From Spirochaetales bacterium (GTDB lineage Bacteria > Spirochaetota > Spirochaetia > JABEVK01): a stretch of DNA of 64,000 nucleotides. The notes under the pieces were generated by a model. That model did not search any database and had not been told where the DNA came from. It saw only the letters and a list, made by a program, of their open reading frames with translations. Of the stretch, positions 10,183-19,626 are shown in pieces (within the stretch, counting starts at the first letter, position 1; every line of letters begins with the position of its first letter). Location of the stretch: positions 1 through 64,000 of the forward strand of contig JBAXAI010000006.1 in assembly GCA_037142615.1 (NCBI GenBank), given 5' to 3'. Made by a program: the position numbers and the translations under genes.

Positions 10183-11892
10183 CTAAATCCCGCCCTTTGG
10201 AACAGGAATTTGAAAGCAGACTTTGAGTCCTCCCAGGGACGACCGGCTGAGCCGAAGCGCCGAGGCATATCCAAATTGCAGTGTGAGCCGCCGGTGGATG
10301 TTCACGATTCCTGAAAAGGTGGTTGTCCGTCCTTCGTCTGCTTCGGCCAGCCGGGTTTGCAGCGTTTCCAAGGTCGTGTCCGCCAATTCCTCGCCATTGT
10401 CTTCGACACTGATGACCACGAAGTCCTTCGAGTCCTCGAAATTCAGCCGGAGGAGCCCGCCCGAGCGGCTGTTGGCGAGACCGTGGTTGTAGGCATTTTC
10501 CAGCAGGGGCTGCAAGATAAGCCGGGGAACAAGAATCTTTGCGCTTTGCGTCGATGGCTGAGCAATTTCCGGCTCGATTCTCCCCGCAAAACGAATCCTC
10601 TGAATTTCACAATAGTTGCGAGTGTGGATGGCCTCTTCCCCTAGAGTCACGGTGTTGCTCCCTCCACGGGTGATGAACTCAAAATAAGAACCCAGGTGAA
10701 GGGCGTAGTCTGCAATGCATTCGAAATCGTCGGCACGGGCCATCCGGTACATGTGGTAGATGCTGTTGTAAAGAAAGTGCGGGTTGATCTGGTACTGAAG
10801 TTGCTTGAGTTCGGCTTGTTGGACGAGGATCTCCTGTTCGACCAGGCGGGTCATGGTGGTATCCAAGCTGGCGACCATTTGATCAAAGTGGCGGTACAGA
10901 AAGCCAAACTCATCCCTGCGGGTGGTGAACAGATTGACCTTGAGGTCACCCAGCTCCACCTTGGTCAACCCCTCAATCAGCGCCTTCAAGGGGCGCTCAA
11001 TCGAAGACGTCAACCAGAACGCAAAGACCGTGACAAGTGCCAGCGTCAAGACTGTCAGGAAGAGGAACCAGGCACTGAGGGAGGTGAGAGGTCCCAGGAT
11101 CTGCTCTTCCGGGGTGATGAGGAGAATCCTCAAATCCGATTTTTTTGCTTTGATCTGAGTGACCAGATACATCTTGTCCTGAATGACTTGGCGGGACTGG
11201 TAGAGGCGAGAATTCCTCACCGTATTCTTCAGAAAGATCGCCATGGAGGGGTTTTCCGCCACACCTTTCGAGCTGTAAACCCGTTCTTGAGGACCGTGAA
11301 TCAAACTCGCAACGCTGCCAGGAAAACGAACAAGGGCTTCCAGATAGTTTTGCAGCTTTTCGCCGGAAAACAGGGTGTTGACTAGAAACTGCAGTCCGCT
11401 GGTTTCATGGTTGACCGGATACGAGAGCTGCAGAGAAAACCCGCGGGTTTCATTGACGAGGTCTGGAATCGGGGCATACACCGGGTTTTTGGCAGGACGG
11501 GGAAGGACCTCAAAAGGTGTGATCGTTCGTCCGAGGTAAGGAAGCCAAACCGAAGACTCGTCTACCAAGGGACTCATGACGGAAAGAAGGTACAGACTCT
11601 CCTGCAGGGTTCGAATGGCCTCGACGTTATCCCAGCCGAGGTTGATGGTCGACTCCAGGGCAAGTTTGCGTAAAGGGTAATTGTCGGTGAAGCGAAGCAT
11701 GACAGCTTGGACCCTCGCCACTTCCTGCTCGAGGTTCTGGAGGCCGATTCTCGCCTGTTGGGCCTCCGCTTCAAATAACCGTTCCCGAACAATCTGAATT
11801 CCTGATTGGTAGAGGAAAAAACTGACGAGGTAGATGGGCACCACCACCAGAAGAAGCGCCAACAAAATTTTGACGAAGAGGGGAAACCTCAT
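10183..11892 (-). CDS. Sensor histidine kinase (YesM-like)
   Basis: 2 TM + HAMP, QLQYQINPHFLYN, LQPLLENAYNHG, VEDNG. Confidence 0.92.
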   Translation of the reverse strand: MRFPLFVKILLALLLVVVPIYLVSFFLYQSGIQIVRERLFEAEAQQARIGLQNLEQEVARVQAVMLRFTDNYPLRKLALESTINLGWDNVEAIRTLQESLYLLSVMSPLVDESSVWLPYLGRTITPFEVLPRPAKNPVYAPIPDLVNETRGFSLQLSYPVNHETSGLQFLVNTLFSGEKLQNYLEALVRFPGSVASLIHGPQERVYSSKGVAENPSMAIFLKNTVRNSRLYQSRQVIQDKMYLVTQIKAKKSDLRILLITPEEQILGPLTSLSAWFLFLTVLTLALVTVFAFWLTSSIERPLKALIEGLTKVELGDLKVNLFTTRRDEFGFLYRHFDQMVASLDTTMTRLVEQEILVQQAELKQLQYQINPHFLYNSIYHMYRMARADDFECIADYALHLGSYFEFITRGGSNTVTLGEEAIHTRNYCEIQRIRFAGRIEPEIAQPSTQSAKILVPRLILQPLLENAYNHGLANSRSGGLLRLNFEDSKDFVVISVEDNGEELADTTLETLQTRLAEADEGRTTTFSGIVNIHRRLTLQFGYASALRLSRSSLGGLKVCFQIPVPKGGI

Positions 11893-12149
11893 TTTACACC
11901 CGCCGAATGGGGTCCTGTTACGGGCAGTTCCACATAGCCATTGTCCAGCAAACCTCGCCACAACAGGTGCGGGTCAACCTGAAAGGCTTCCCGGCCCAAC
12001 CCGTTCTTGATAACGATTTCCCACAGACTGGCCGCACTGAAATACAGGAGGTTGTCCGGGTCTTTCAATAACCGCCGGGCATCGACAGAGAGCTTCTCGG
12101 GCTCGTTGGCCGACCAAAGAAGCAGGTGCGTATCGAGAAGCAGTTTCAC
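11889..12149 (-). pseudogene. vapC: Truncated PIN-domain VapC toxin
   Basis: KLLLDTHLLLW...FSAASLWEIVIK...ELPVTGPH then stop; the conserved C-terminal HxDPFDR segment is missing. Confidence 0.85.
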
Positions 12150-12325
12150 GACTTTCCTTGAAACAGATCTTCGATTTGCTCTTGGGCCATGGTGTCGAAA
12201 TCGTCCGGAATCTTGAACTGCCCAGCCAAAAAGCCCAAGCGTCGAACGGGAGTAGGTTCGGGCACGCCGACCGCAGTGACCTGCACCATGGGTTGCGCTC
12301 CGTGGATGTTGATCGTCTTCATCAT
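12146..12325 (-). pseudogene. Phd/YefM-type antitoxin with in-frame internal deletion
   Basis: Own translation: MMKTINIHGAQPMVQVTAVGVPEPTPVRRLGFLAGQFKIPDDFDTMAQEQIEDLFQGKS*; lacks the usual AKTHLSRL...IIAKAGKP core; GTGA overlap with vapC. Confidence 0.8.
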
Positions 12326-12332
12326 TGATCAC

Positions 12333-12361
12333 AGCGTACCAGTAATGGGCACCACTGCCAA
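12333..12361 (-). promoter_or_regulatory. Sigma70-like promoter of the TA remnant (probably leaderless)
   Basis: TTGGCA-N17-TACGCT-N7-ATG on minus strand. Confidence 0.65.
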
Positions 12362-12396
12362 TCGACCCGATGGAACGGTGGCCTCAGGATAGACGG

Positions 12397-15300
12397 ATGG
12401 AACTCTACCAACCCTCGCGCAAGCCCTTTCAACCCGAAGCCTTTGCGGCCCTTTTTCAAGATCCGCCCGCCGAGTACCGCGGCGCCCCGTTCTGGAGCCT
12501 GAACGGCACCATGGATCGCCAACAGCTTGAAGAGCAGATCGAACGTTTCGACACGATGGGCATGGGTGGGGTGCACGCTCACGTCCGCACCGGGTTGCGC
12601 ACGCCGTATTTGGGACCGGAGTTCATGGCGCACATGAACGCGCTGGCCGACAAACAGCGTTCCCGCGGCAAGCTGTTGTGGCTGTACGACGAGGACCGCT
12701 GGCCCTCGGGTTTCGCCGGTGGTTTGGTCACCAAAGACCACCCCGAGTTCCGGCGCAAGCACCTGGTGCTGACCTGTGTTCCGAACGGAAACCTGGTGCC
12801 GCCTTCCACGCCTTTGTGGCACATTCAGGCTCGCCGCAATGACCAAGGGACTTTGCTGGCCCGCTATGCGCTGGTGGTCGACGGTGCGCGGCTGGCCTCG
12901 ATGCGGCGTTTGCGCGACAACGAGACGGTGCGCAGCGGCGAAGTGGCGTGGTACGCCTACCTGGAGACCACCGAAGTTGGCACCTGGTTCAACAACGCCG
13001 GTTACGTGGACGCCCTCAACCCGGCTGCCCTCGAAAAGTTCGCCGACGTCACCTACGACGCGTACGCCACGGCTCTGGCCGGGCACTTGGGCACCACCGT
13101 ACCCGCCATTTTCACCGATGAGCCGCAGCTAAGCTTCATCCCTGTACCGGAAACCGGGGCCGGAATCACCGAGCACTTGCTCACCTGGACCGGCGACTTG
13201 GCCGACACCTACCGGCAGCGCTTTGGCCTCGACGTGTTCGACGACCTGCCGCTGGTGGTGTGGGACCAAGCCGACGGCTCGGTATCGCCTGCCCGCTGGC
13301 GCTACCACGATCACCGTAGCGAACGCTTTGCGGCGGCTTACGCAGGCACTCTGGGCAGACGAGCCCGTGGCTTGGGGTTGGCCCTCACTGGGCACATGAT
13401 GAGCGAGGACCGCCTCGAAGACCAGGTGGCTTGGAACGGCGAGTCGATGCGTAGCTACCCCCATTTTGACATTCCCGGCATCGACTTGCTGTGCGACGAC
13501 GAGCTGCCCACCACCGCCAAACAGGCCGTGAGTGTCGCCCGCCAACAGGGGCAAAACGCGGTGCTCTCGGAGCTCTACGGGGTCAGCGGTTGGCCCTTCG
13601 ACTTCACCAGCCACAAGAGGCAGGGTGACTGGCAGGCGGCGTTGGGCATCACCGTCCGCGTCCATCACCTGTCGTGGATGACCATGGCCGGCGAAGCCAA
13701 GCGCGACTACCCGGCGGCCATCGACTGGCATTCGCCGTGGTGGAAGGAGTACCGGCTGGTGGAGGACCATTTCTCGCGCCTCAATACGGCTCTTTCGAGG
13801 GGGAAAGCTCTGGTGCGCGTCGGGGTGATTCATCCCGTCGAGTCCACTTGGCTTCACTATGGCCCGCGCGACGGCAGTGGGGCGGCTTTGGCGACCCACG
13901 AAGCCCTTTTTCAGGACTTGGCGAAAAACCTGATCGAAAACCTGCTCGACTTCGACTTCACCTCCGAAGCGCTCATTCCTCTGCAACACCTCGCCACCGC
14001 CGACGCCACCTTTGCGGTGGGGCAGATGGCCTACGACGTGGTCGTGTTGCCTGGTTGCCAGACCCTGCGGGCCACCACCCTGCAGGCGCTACGGGCGTTT
14101 GCCGACCGCGGGGGCAAGATCCTGGTGGTTGGGGACAGACCTCGCTTTGTCGAAGGCACGCTCGACCACGAGGCCACTGCATGGCTCGGCCCGGTGCCCG
14201 CTCTCAGGGTCGATACGCTGGTGGCGGCCCTGGAGCCGGTGCGCGAGATGCGCGCGGTGCGAACCGATGGCAGCGCCGCCGTCCGACTGTACTCGCAACT
14301 TCGCGTGGATGGCGACGCTCGCTGGTTCTTCGTCTGCGATGCCGAAAAGACGGGTACCGGGCAGGGTCGGGTCCGCCTGGAAGCGAAAGGAACCTGGGAC
14401 GTGGAACGCTACGACACCGTCAGCGGCCGCACCACCGCTGTCGCCAGCCAAGTCACCGAAGGTTGGACGCGATGGTTCTGGGATGCCTACCCCGCGGGAA
14501 GTGAGCTGGTCCGCTTGACGGCAAGGCAAACCGCGTCTGCAGTGTCCGTCCCGGACCCGGCGTTGCCGCCCCAAGCCCAGGCTGCGGCCATGCCTGTGAC
14601 GCAACTCGCCGGTCCCTTTGCGTACCATCTCGAGGAACCCAATGTGCTGCTGCTGGACCGCGCGGAGTTCCGTCTCGGCGGCGGTGCGTGGGAAGGCCCG
14701 TACGAGGTGTTGCGTCTGGACAACGTGGTGCGCGAACGGCTGGGCTTGCCCCCCGTTCACGGCGACATCGCCCAACCGTGGTCCGAGCCCGAAGCCCCCG
14801 TGAGCGGCACGGTCGATTTGCGCTTCGCCGTGCATTCCGACGTCGACCTCAGCGGTGTGCGCCTGGCGTTGGAACAGCGGGACACCAGTCAGGTGACGTG
14901 GGATGGTAAAGCCGTGCCGATGACCAGCCAAGGCTTCTGGGTCGACGAGTGCCTCGAGACCATCACCTTGCCCCCCATAACGGTGGGCACGCACGAGCTG
15001 GTCGTCACCCAGCAGGTGCGCCGCGACACGACGCGCGAATGGATGTACCTGCTGGGCGATTTTGGTGTGAGTCTCGACCGGGCGCGCCGCCACGCCACGC
15101 TCACCAAACTGCCGGCCACCCTGGGGTTGGGCGACCTGGTGGGGCAGGGCTTGCCGTTTTTCGGCGGCAATGTGGTGCTGCAAACCGAGTTCACGACCAA
15201 GCGAGCTGGCGCCGTGTCGCTCGACGTCGGTCCGTTCCCCGGACCCTTGGTGAAGGTGACGGTCGGCAAAGCCTCCTTTCCCGTGGCCTTCCCGCCGTAC

Positions 15301-15525
15301 GTGGCCGAACTGGGTCACCTCCCTGCCGGCACTCATCGGTGCGAGATCACATTGTTTGGCAACCGTCACAACTGCTTTGGCCCCGTGCACCTGGTGTTCG
15401 CGCCCGGCTTCAAGTGGCTGGGACCCGACTGTTACCGCACCAAGGGCAACCTGTGGAGCGATGCCTGGCAGCTGCGGGCGACCGGGTTGGCGTCACCGCC
15501 GGGGGTTTTGATGGCACTTAGCTGA
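12397..15525 (+). CDS. Large glycoside hydrolase, GH106-like (alpha-L-rhamnosidase family)
   Basis: PPAEYRGAPFWSLNG, WLYDEDRWPSGFAGG, FTDEP, PGIDLL, LSELYG, GEAKRDYP. Confidence 0.8.
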   Translation: MELYQPSRKPFQPEAFAALFQDPPAEYRGAPFWSLNGTMDRQQLEEQIERFDTMGMGGVHAHVRTGLRTPYLGPEFMAHMNALADKQRSRGKLLWLYDEDRWPSGFAGGLVTKDHPEFRRKHLVLTCVPNGNLVPPSTPLWHIQARRNDQGTLLARYALVVDGARLASMRRLRDNETVRSGEVAWYAYLETTEVGTWFNNAGYVDALNPAALEKFADVTYDAYATALAGHLGTTVPAIFTDEPQLSFIPVPETGAGITEHLLTWTGDLADTYRQRFGLDVFDDLPLVVWDQADGSVSPARWRYHDHRSERFAAAYAGTLGRRARGLGLALTGHMMSEDRLEDQVAWNGESMRSYPHFDIPGIDLLCDDELPTTAKQAVSVARQQGQNAVLSELYGVSGWPFDFTSHKRQGDWQAALGITVRVHHLSWMTMAGEAKRDYPAAIDWHSPWWKEYRLVEDHFSRLNTALSRGKALVRVGVIHPVESTWLHYGPRDGSGAALATHEALFQDLAKNLIENLLDFDFTSEALIPLQHLATADATFAVGQMAYDVVVLPGCQTLRATTLQALRAFADRGGKILVVGDRPRFVEGTLDHEATAWLGPVPALRVDTLVAALEPVREMRAVRTDGSAAVRLYSQLRVDGDARWFFVCDAEKTGTGQGRVRLEAKGTWDVERYDTVSGRTTAVASQVTEGWTRWFWDAYPAGSELVRLTARQTASAVSVPDPALPPQAQAAAMPVTQLAGPFAYHLEEPNVLLLDRAEFRLGGGAWEGPYEVLRLDNVVRERLGLPPVHGDIAQPWSEPEAPVSGTVDLRFAVHSDVDLSGVRLALEQRDTSQVTWDGKAVPMTSQGFWVDECLETITLPPITVGTHELVVTQQVRRDTTREWMYLLGDFGVSLDRARRHATLTKLPATLGLGDLVGQGLPFFGGNVVLQTEFTTKRAGAVSLDVGPFPGPLVKVTVGKASFPVAFPPYVAELGHLPAGTHRCEITLFGNRHNCFGPVHLVFAPGFKWLGPDCYRTKGNLWSDAWQLRATGLASPPGVLMALS

Positions 15526-15531
15526 GGCACA

Positions 15532-16113
15532 TCACACCTCGACGACTGTCGGCACACCCAGCGGCAACCAGAGCAGCTTCTCTTGCAACCCTCCGGTCAG
15601 AAACGCCTGCTCCACGTCGCGTCTCCCTTCGGAAAAATGCTTCCATCCCTCGTAGTGAATGGTGTCGCCCGAAAGGTAGAGGGCGCCGTTTTGCTGTCCC
15701 TCCCAGGTCAGCGCGAAACCAAGGGTCTGCCCGGCAAAGGGTCGGACCAGCAGGGAACCGTGCTGGGCGGGGGTGGCGGTTACGGTGATCGTCGTCGTTC
15801 CGGCCTGAAGGCGGGTGCTTTGCCAGGGTGTCAGGCCCTCGGCGTTGCCGCCGAGGCGCTTCTGACCCGACGTTGTGGTCAGAACCCGCCCAGCCCTGGG
15901 CAGGAAGGCGCGACCGGCTCGGTCGAGATTGTCATCGTGGTGATCGTGGCTGAGCAACACCGCGTCGATGGTGCCCAGCGCTTCCACCGGAACCGCCGGC
16001 GCCGTCAGCTTCGTCGAGCCGGTACCCCAGCCGAAGGCGTACGTGCCCCCGGGCGGGTCAAACACCGGATCGGTCAGCAGGCGCAGGTCTCCCAGTTCCA
16101 AGAGCAGGGTCAT
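15532..16113 (-). pseudogene. MBL-fold metallohydrolase, internally deleted
   Basis: LLTDPVFD, LLSHDHHDDNLD, TPAQHG; SGDT fused directly to IHYEGW; first beta-strand missing. Confidence 0.75.
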
Positions 16114-16489
16114 GGTTCACGATGCGCTGAGCAGTCTGAAGGCTCTGCTTCCTCTCACGGATGCCGAACAAGCCGCGTGGCCGGCCGTGGCCCGGGTGCA
16201 GTCGGTGCCAGCCAAGGCACCTTTGGGTCGGCTTGGCGAACCCTGCACGCGTCTCACCTTCGTCAACTCCGGCCTTCTCAGGGTATCTTTTTTGACTGAA
16301 GGCAGCTGGTACACCGATTTCGAGAGCTTCTCCACCGGAGGACCCAGCCGCGAGCACCTGCAGGCGCTGGAAGACAGCGAGGTGGTGCAGGTGGAAAAGG
16401 CCGATCTGGAGCGTCTGTACCAGCACCACCCCAACCTGGAACGGGTGGGGCGCCTGCTTACCGAGACCGCGCGCCCACGGCCATACTGA
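16112..16489 (+). pseudogene. Crp/Fnr-type cNMP-binding regulator fragment
   Basis: GEPCTRLTFVNSGLLRV, TDFESFSTGGPS-EHLQALEDSEV; no C-terminal HTH. Confidence 0.75.
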
Positions 16490-16503
16490 GCACGGAGAGT
16501 CCC

Positions 16504-17127
16504 ATGAAACACCCCCTGATGACGGCCCTCAACCCGCGCGCCTTGGAGCAGGCAAGGGAAGCCGATGCGGCCCAGCGGCGCGGAGACCCTCTCGGCCCGC
16601 TCCACGGCGTGCCCATCGTGGTCAAAGACACGTATTCGACGGCGGGAATCCTGACCACGGCGGGCTACCCTGGCCTCAAGGACTACGTTCCCACCGAAGA
16701 CTCGGTGGTCGTGGGGTTGCTCCGAAAAGTGGGAGCCATCGATGGCCTGCACTCGCTGGCCGTACTCGGCCCGGTGGCCCGGTCCGACTCGTTCGGGGGT
16801 ATTCCCGTGAGCGCCGAAATCAAAGACCGGATCCGGGCCTTCGCGGCCCGCCTGCAAGCCGCCGGTGCTCACGTGGAACAAACCGAGCCTACTGCGTTTG
16901 CCCACCAGAAACCCACCAGCCATTTCGGCGACTTCGGCGTGTATGGCAAGCCCCTGCAGGTGAACGGCCAGCAGGTGCCGTACTACGTGGCCACCCAAAG
17001 TTACACCACGCTTTTCGCGGTCACCGAGAACCCCGTGGTCACCTTGCCGCTGGGCCTCGATTCGCAGGGCCTTCCCATCGGTGTGCAGGTGGCCGAGCTC
17101 CTTGACACCTTGCGTGCTGACCCATAA
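16504..17127 (+). pseudogene. Amidase-signature enzyme collapsed by multiple in-frame deletions
   Basis: GPLHGVPIVVKD...TTAG, GPVARS, PVVTLPLG...GLPIGVQV retained; GGSSGG and GxDxGGSIR catalytic segments absent; 207 aa. Confidence 0.8.
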
Positions 17128-17160
17128 GGGAGGTACTGACAGAGTCAGGAGGGGGAACCC

Positions 17161-17418
17161 ATGGAGCTCGCGCTTGTGCGCGGCAGTCAGATCCGGCTCG
17201 TCGCGTTCACCGTTTTGGCCGCGTTCGTTTCCAACATCACCGGCGCCGTGTTTGCCACCAACAGCGCGCTCTATTTATTGCCTGTGCTTCGCCCCCCGTC
17301 GTTTTTTCTCGGAGTCACCGCGATGGGGTGGGGCGTTGGCAACGTCGAGCCCGCTCTGTTTCCGTTGCTGTTTCAACCGGCCACCTCGTCATCAAGACCA
17401 TCAGGAAGCCCCAGGTGA
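17161..17418 (+). pseudogene. Membrane protein fragment
   Basis: RBS GGAGG; hydrophobic 70 aa, then runs out of frame into the duplicated gene. Confidence 0.4.
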
Positions 17419-17652
17419 TGCGCTGGGACGGGCCCATCTACCGGCTCACCGACGGTCAGGGAAACGCCTACGTCATGCACGCCACCGAAACCGGCACGCC
17501 GAACCTCAACGTCACCCTACCAGCCGGCTGGAGTCTCGAGAAAGTCGAGCTCGCAGGGCGGGTACTACAACATCCTCGGCGACTGCCTCGGGCAGGGGTA
17601 CCACCAGTACGTGTTCGCCGACGCGTTCTACCCGGCGAAGTGAACGTGGCCG
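17378..17652 (+). pseudogene. Frameshifted, 5'-truncated paralog of the gene at window start (contains repeat copy 2, 17467-17652)
   Basis: 26-bp deletion between TCGC microhomologies relative to positions 85-114. Confidence 0.85.
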
Positions 17653-17660
17653 CTTACGGA

Positions 17661-19412
17661 CTATTGAGCCACCGCGAATTCGATCGTGAAGAGCGTTCCA
17701 GCTGAGCTGGTGACCGTGCAAGTTCCACCGAGGCCTTTCACCATGGTTTCGACAAGCGCCAGCCCAAAGCCGGTCGGCGACGCCGAAGAACGCTGCGGCA
17801 AGCCAACGCCGTCGTCCTGAAGGACCAGGCGAACCTGCCCGCTGACGCAAGTCGCGGTGAACTGGATCAACTCCTCGGATCTTCCAGTAAACGCGTACTT
17901 CATGATGTTGGTCAGCAACTCGTTGTAGATGATTCCGAGGTTCTGCGCCACTTTGGGCTTGACCTTGAAATCCTGCACCGAGCACTCGACCCGCACGTTT
18001 TGAGCGTTGGGGAAGTTGCTGACAACCTGGTCAAGAAGCGGTGGCAGGTAGTCACGTACCGAGACCTCCTGAACGTTCTCCGACTGGTAGATCTTCTCGT
18101 ACAGCAGCGACATGCTCACAACGCGGTTTGCCGCATCCAGCAGGTGCTGCTGCGCGGGAGTTCCTGCCAGTGGTTCGGCCTGCATCGTCAGCATGGCGTA
18201 GACGGTGCTCAGGTTGTTCTTGATCCGGTGATGCACTTCCTTGAGGATCAGCTCCTTTTCGCGCAGAAGTTCCGCCACCTGCTGTTCGGCGGCGCGGCGC
18301 TCGGTCACGTCGATGGAAATGCCGATGATTCCGGCTGACTTACCGTTGGCATCGACAAAAGGAATCTTGCTGGTCGAGACCCAACGCAGACCATTTGGAG
18401 TCTCCCACCGTTCGTCTATGTCCAGCAGAGGCCTGCCCGAGGCCAGCACGGCCAAGTCGTCATCGTGGTATTTCTTGGCCAGCTCGTACGGGTACAGGTC
18501 GTACATGCTCTTGTTTTCCAAGGCCTGTTTGTTCTGGCGGTAGGTATCGGCAAGGTACTTGTTGACCTTGATGAAGCGGTTCTTGTCGTCCTTGTGAAAC
18601 ACGGGCCCCGGAATATGGTCCAGAATGGCCTCGAGCTCCCTCGCCAGACGTTCCAAATCCGAGTAGATGATGGTAAACGGCTCTTCGATTCCCACGACGA
18701 GGATGCACCGGTAGATGAGGTAGAAGGCGACGATCTTCAGCAAGTGCCCGAAGAGATTCATCAGGCCGTAGTTGTCGGTGTAAAGCGTGAAACAGAACTC
18801 GCTCAGGATGGTCACTGCGATCGACGCCACCAGATAGCCGTACACCTGCTTGGCCAAGGTTTGCCGGCGTCGAAGGAGGGTGATCAGCGCCACAAACAGA
18901 ATCAAGCAGATCACGTACTCGCACACAATCTTGAAGAGCGTTTGTCCTGAGCCCTGCACAAAGCAGGTCGGGAAGCTTTTGAGCACGAAGACCCACCCCA
19001 GCAGGCCGGCGGTGAGGGCCGCCATTCCGGCAAAGAGCCACCGGAAGTCAACGCGAAACGGGCGGCCGATCCAGAAGGCAAAGGTCAGCAGAGCCAGCGA
19101 TTCCATCAGTCTGGCGCAAACCCACAGCTGGTTGGCGTAGAAAATGTCGGAGGGGAAGATGTTCATGCCCTTGTACGAGAGCGTGTGGAAGAAGTCCAAA
19201 ACACCGACGAAAAGGTACACCACGCCCAACAGAACAAACGCGTTGGCCCCGATTTTCTTGCGGGACGTCCAAACCAGCATGAAGACGGTCGCCGAAACCA
19301 CAACGCTGAACAGTTCGACGGAACTGTGGAACAGCAGGTAGTTCTCGCGGCTAAGGAAGTAAGCGCCGACGAGCACGAGAAGCAACCAACTGTAGGAAAG
19401 ATACCTACCCAT
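17661..19412 (-). CDS. MASE3-PAS-HisKA_2 sensor histidine kinase
   Basis: NYLLFHSSVELFSVVV, DFFHTLSYKGM, NQLWVCAR (MASE3); PAS/PAC; KEVHHRIKNNL; NELLTNIMKYAF; DDGVG. Confidence 0.9.
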   Translation of the reverse strand: MGRYLSYSWLLLVLVGAYFLSRENYLLFHSSVELFSVVVSATVFMLVWTSRKKIGANAFVLLGVVYLFVGVLDFFHTLSYKGMNIFPSDIFYANQLWVCARLMESLALLTFAFWIGRPFRVDFRWLFAGMAALTAGLLGWVFVLKSFPTCFVQGSGQTLFKIVCEYVICLILFVALITLLRRRQTLAKQVYGYLVASIAVTILSEFCFTLYTDNYGLMNLFGHLLKIVAFYLIYRCILVVGIEEPFTIIYSDLERLARELEAILDHIPGPVFHKDDKNRFIKVNKYLADTYRQNKQALENKSMYDLYPYELAKKYHDDDLAVLASGRPLLDIDERWETPNGLRWVSTSKIPFVDANGKSAGIIGISIDVTERRAAEQQVAELLREKELILKEVHHRIKNNLSTVYAMLTMQAEPLAGTPAQQHLLDAANRVVSMSLLYEKIYQSENVQEVSVRDYLPPLLDQVVSNFPNAQNVRVECSVQDFKVKPKVAQNLGIIYNELLTNIMKYAFTGRSEELIQFTATCVSGQVRLVLQDDGVGLPQRSSASPTGFGLALVETMVKGLGGTCTVTSSAGTLFTIEFAVAQ

Positions 19413-19591
19413 ACTACCTCGCATGAGTACAGTTTCGTACCGACTGCGCGGCTTCGCAAGCCCTCCGAGGGTTTCTACAAACCAAGCGTGGTAAAGGTGA
19501 GGGTGATGGTGGTCGCACCGTCGCGCCCGGATAGCCGAGGAGCCAGCCTTCGATCATCCGTGCCGCTGGGGCGTCGGCTTGTTTGCCCCAG

Positions 19592-19621
19592 TTGATTGTT
19601 CGGTGCAATCGAGCCCATAAT
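19592..19621 (+). promoter_or_regulatory. Putative leaderless tetR promoter
   Basis: TTGATT-N18-CATAAT-N5-ATG; overlapping GATTG-N7-CAATC inverted repeat. Confidence 0.5.
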
Positions 19622-19626
19622 CAGCC

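Noticed and set aside
19414-19608. 64-aa ORF between kinase and TetR
   Set aside because: No recognisable family; may be another remnant but cannot be supported
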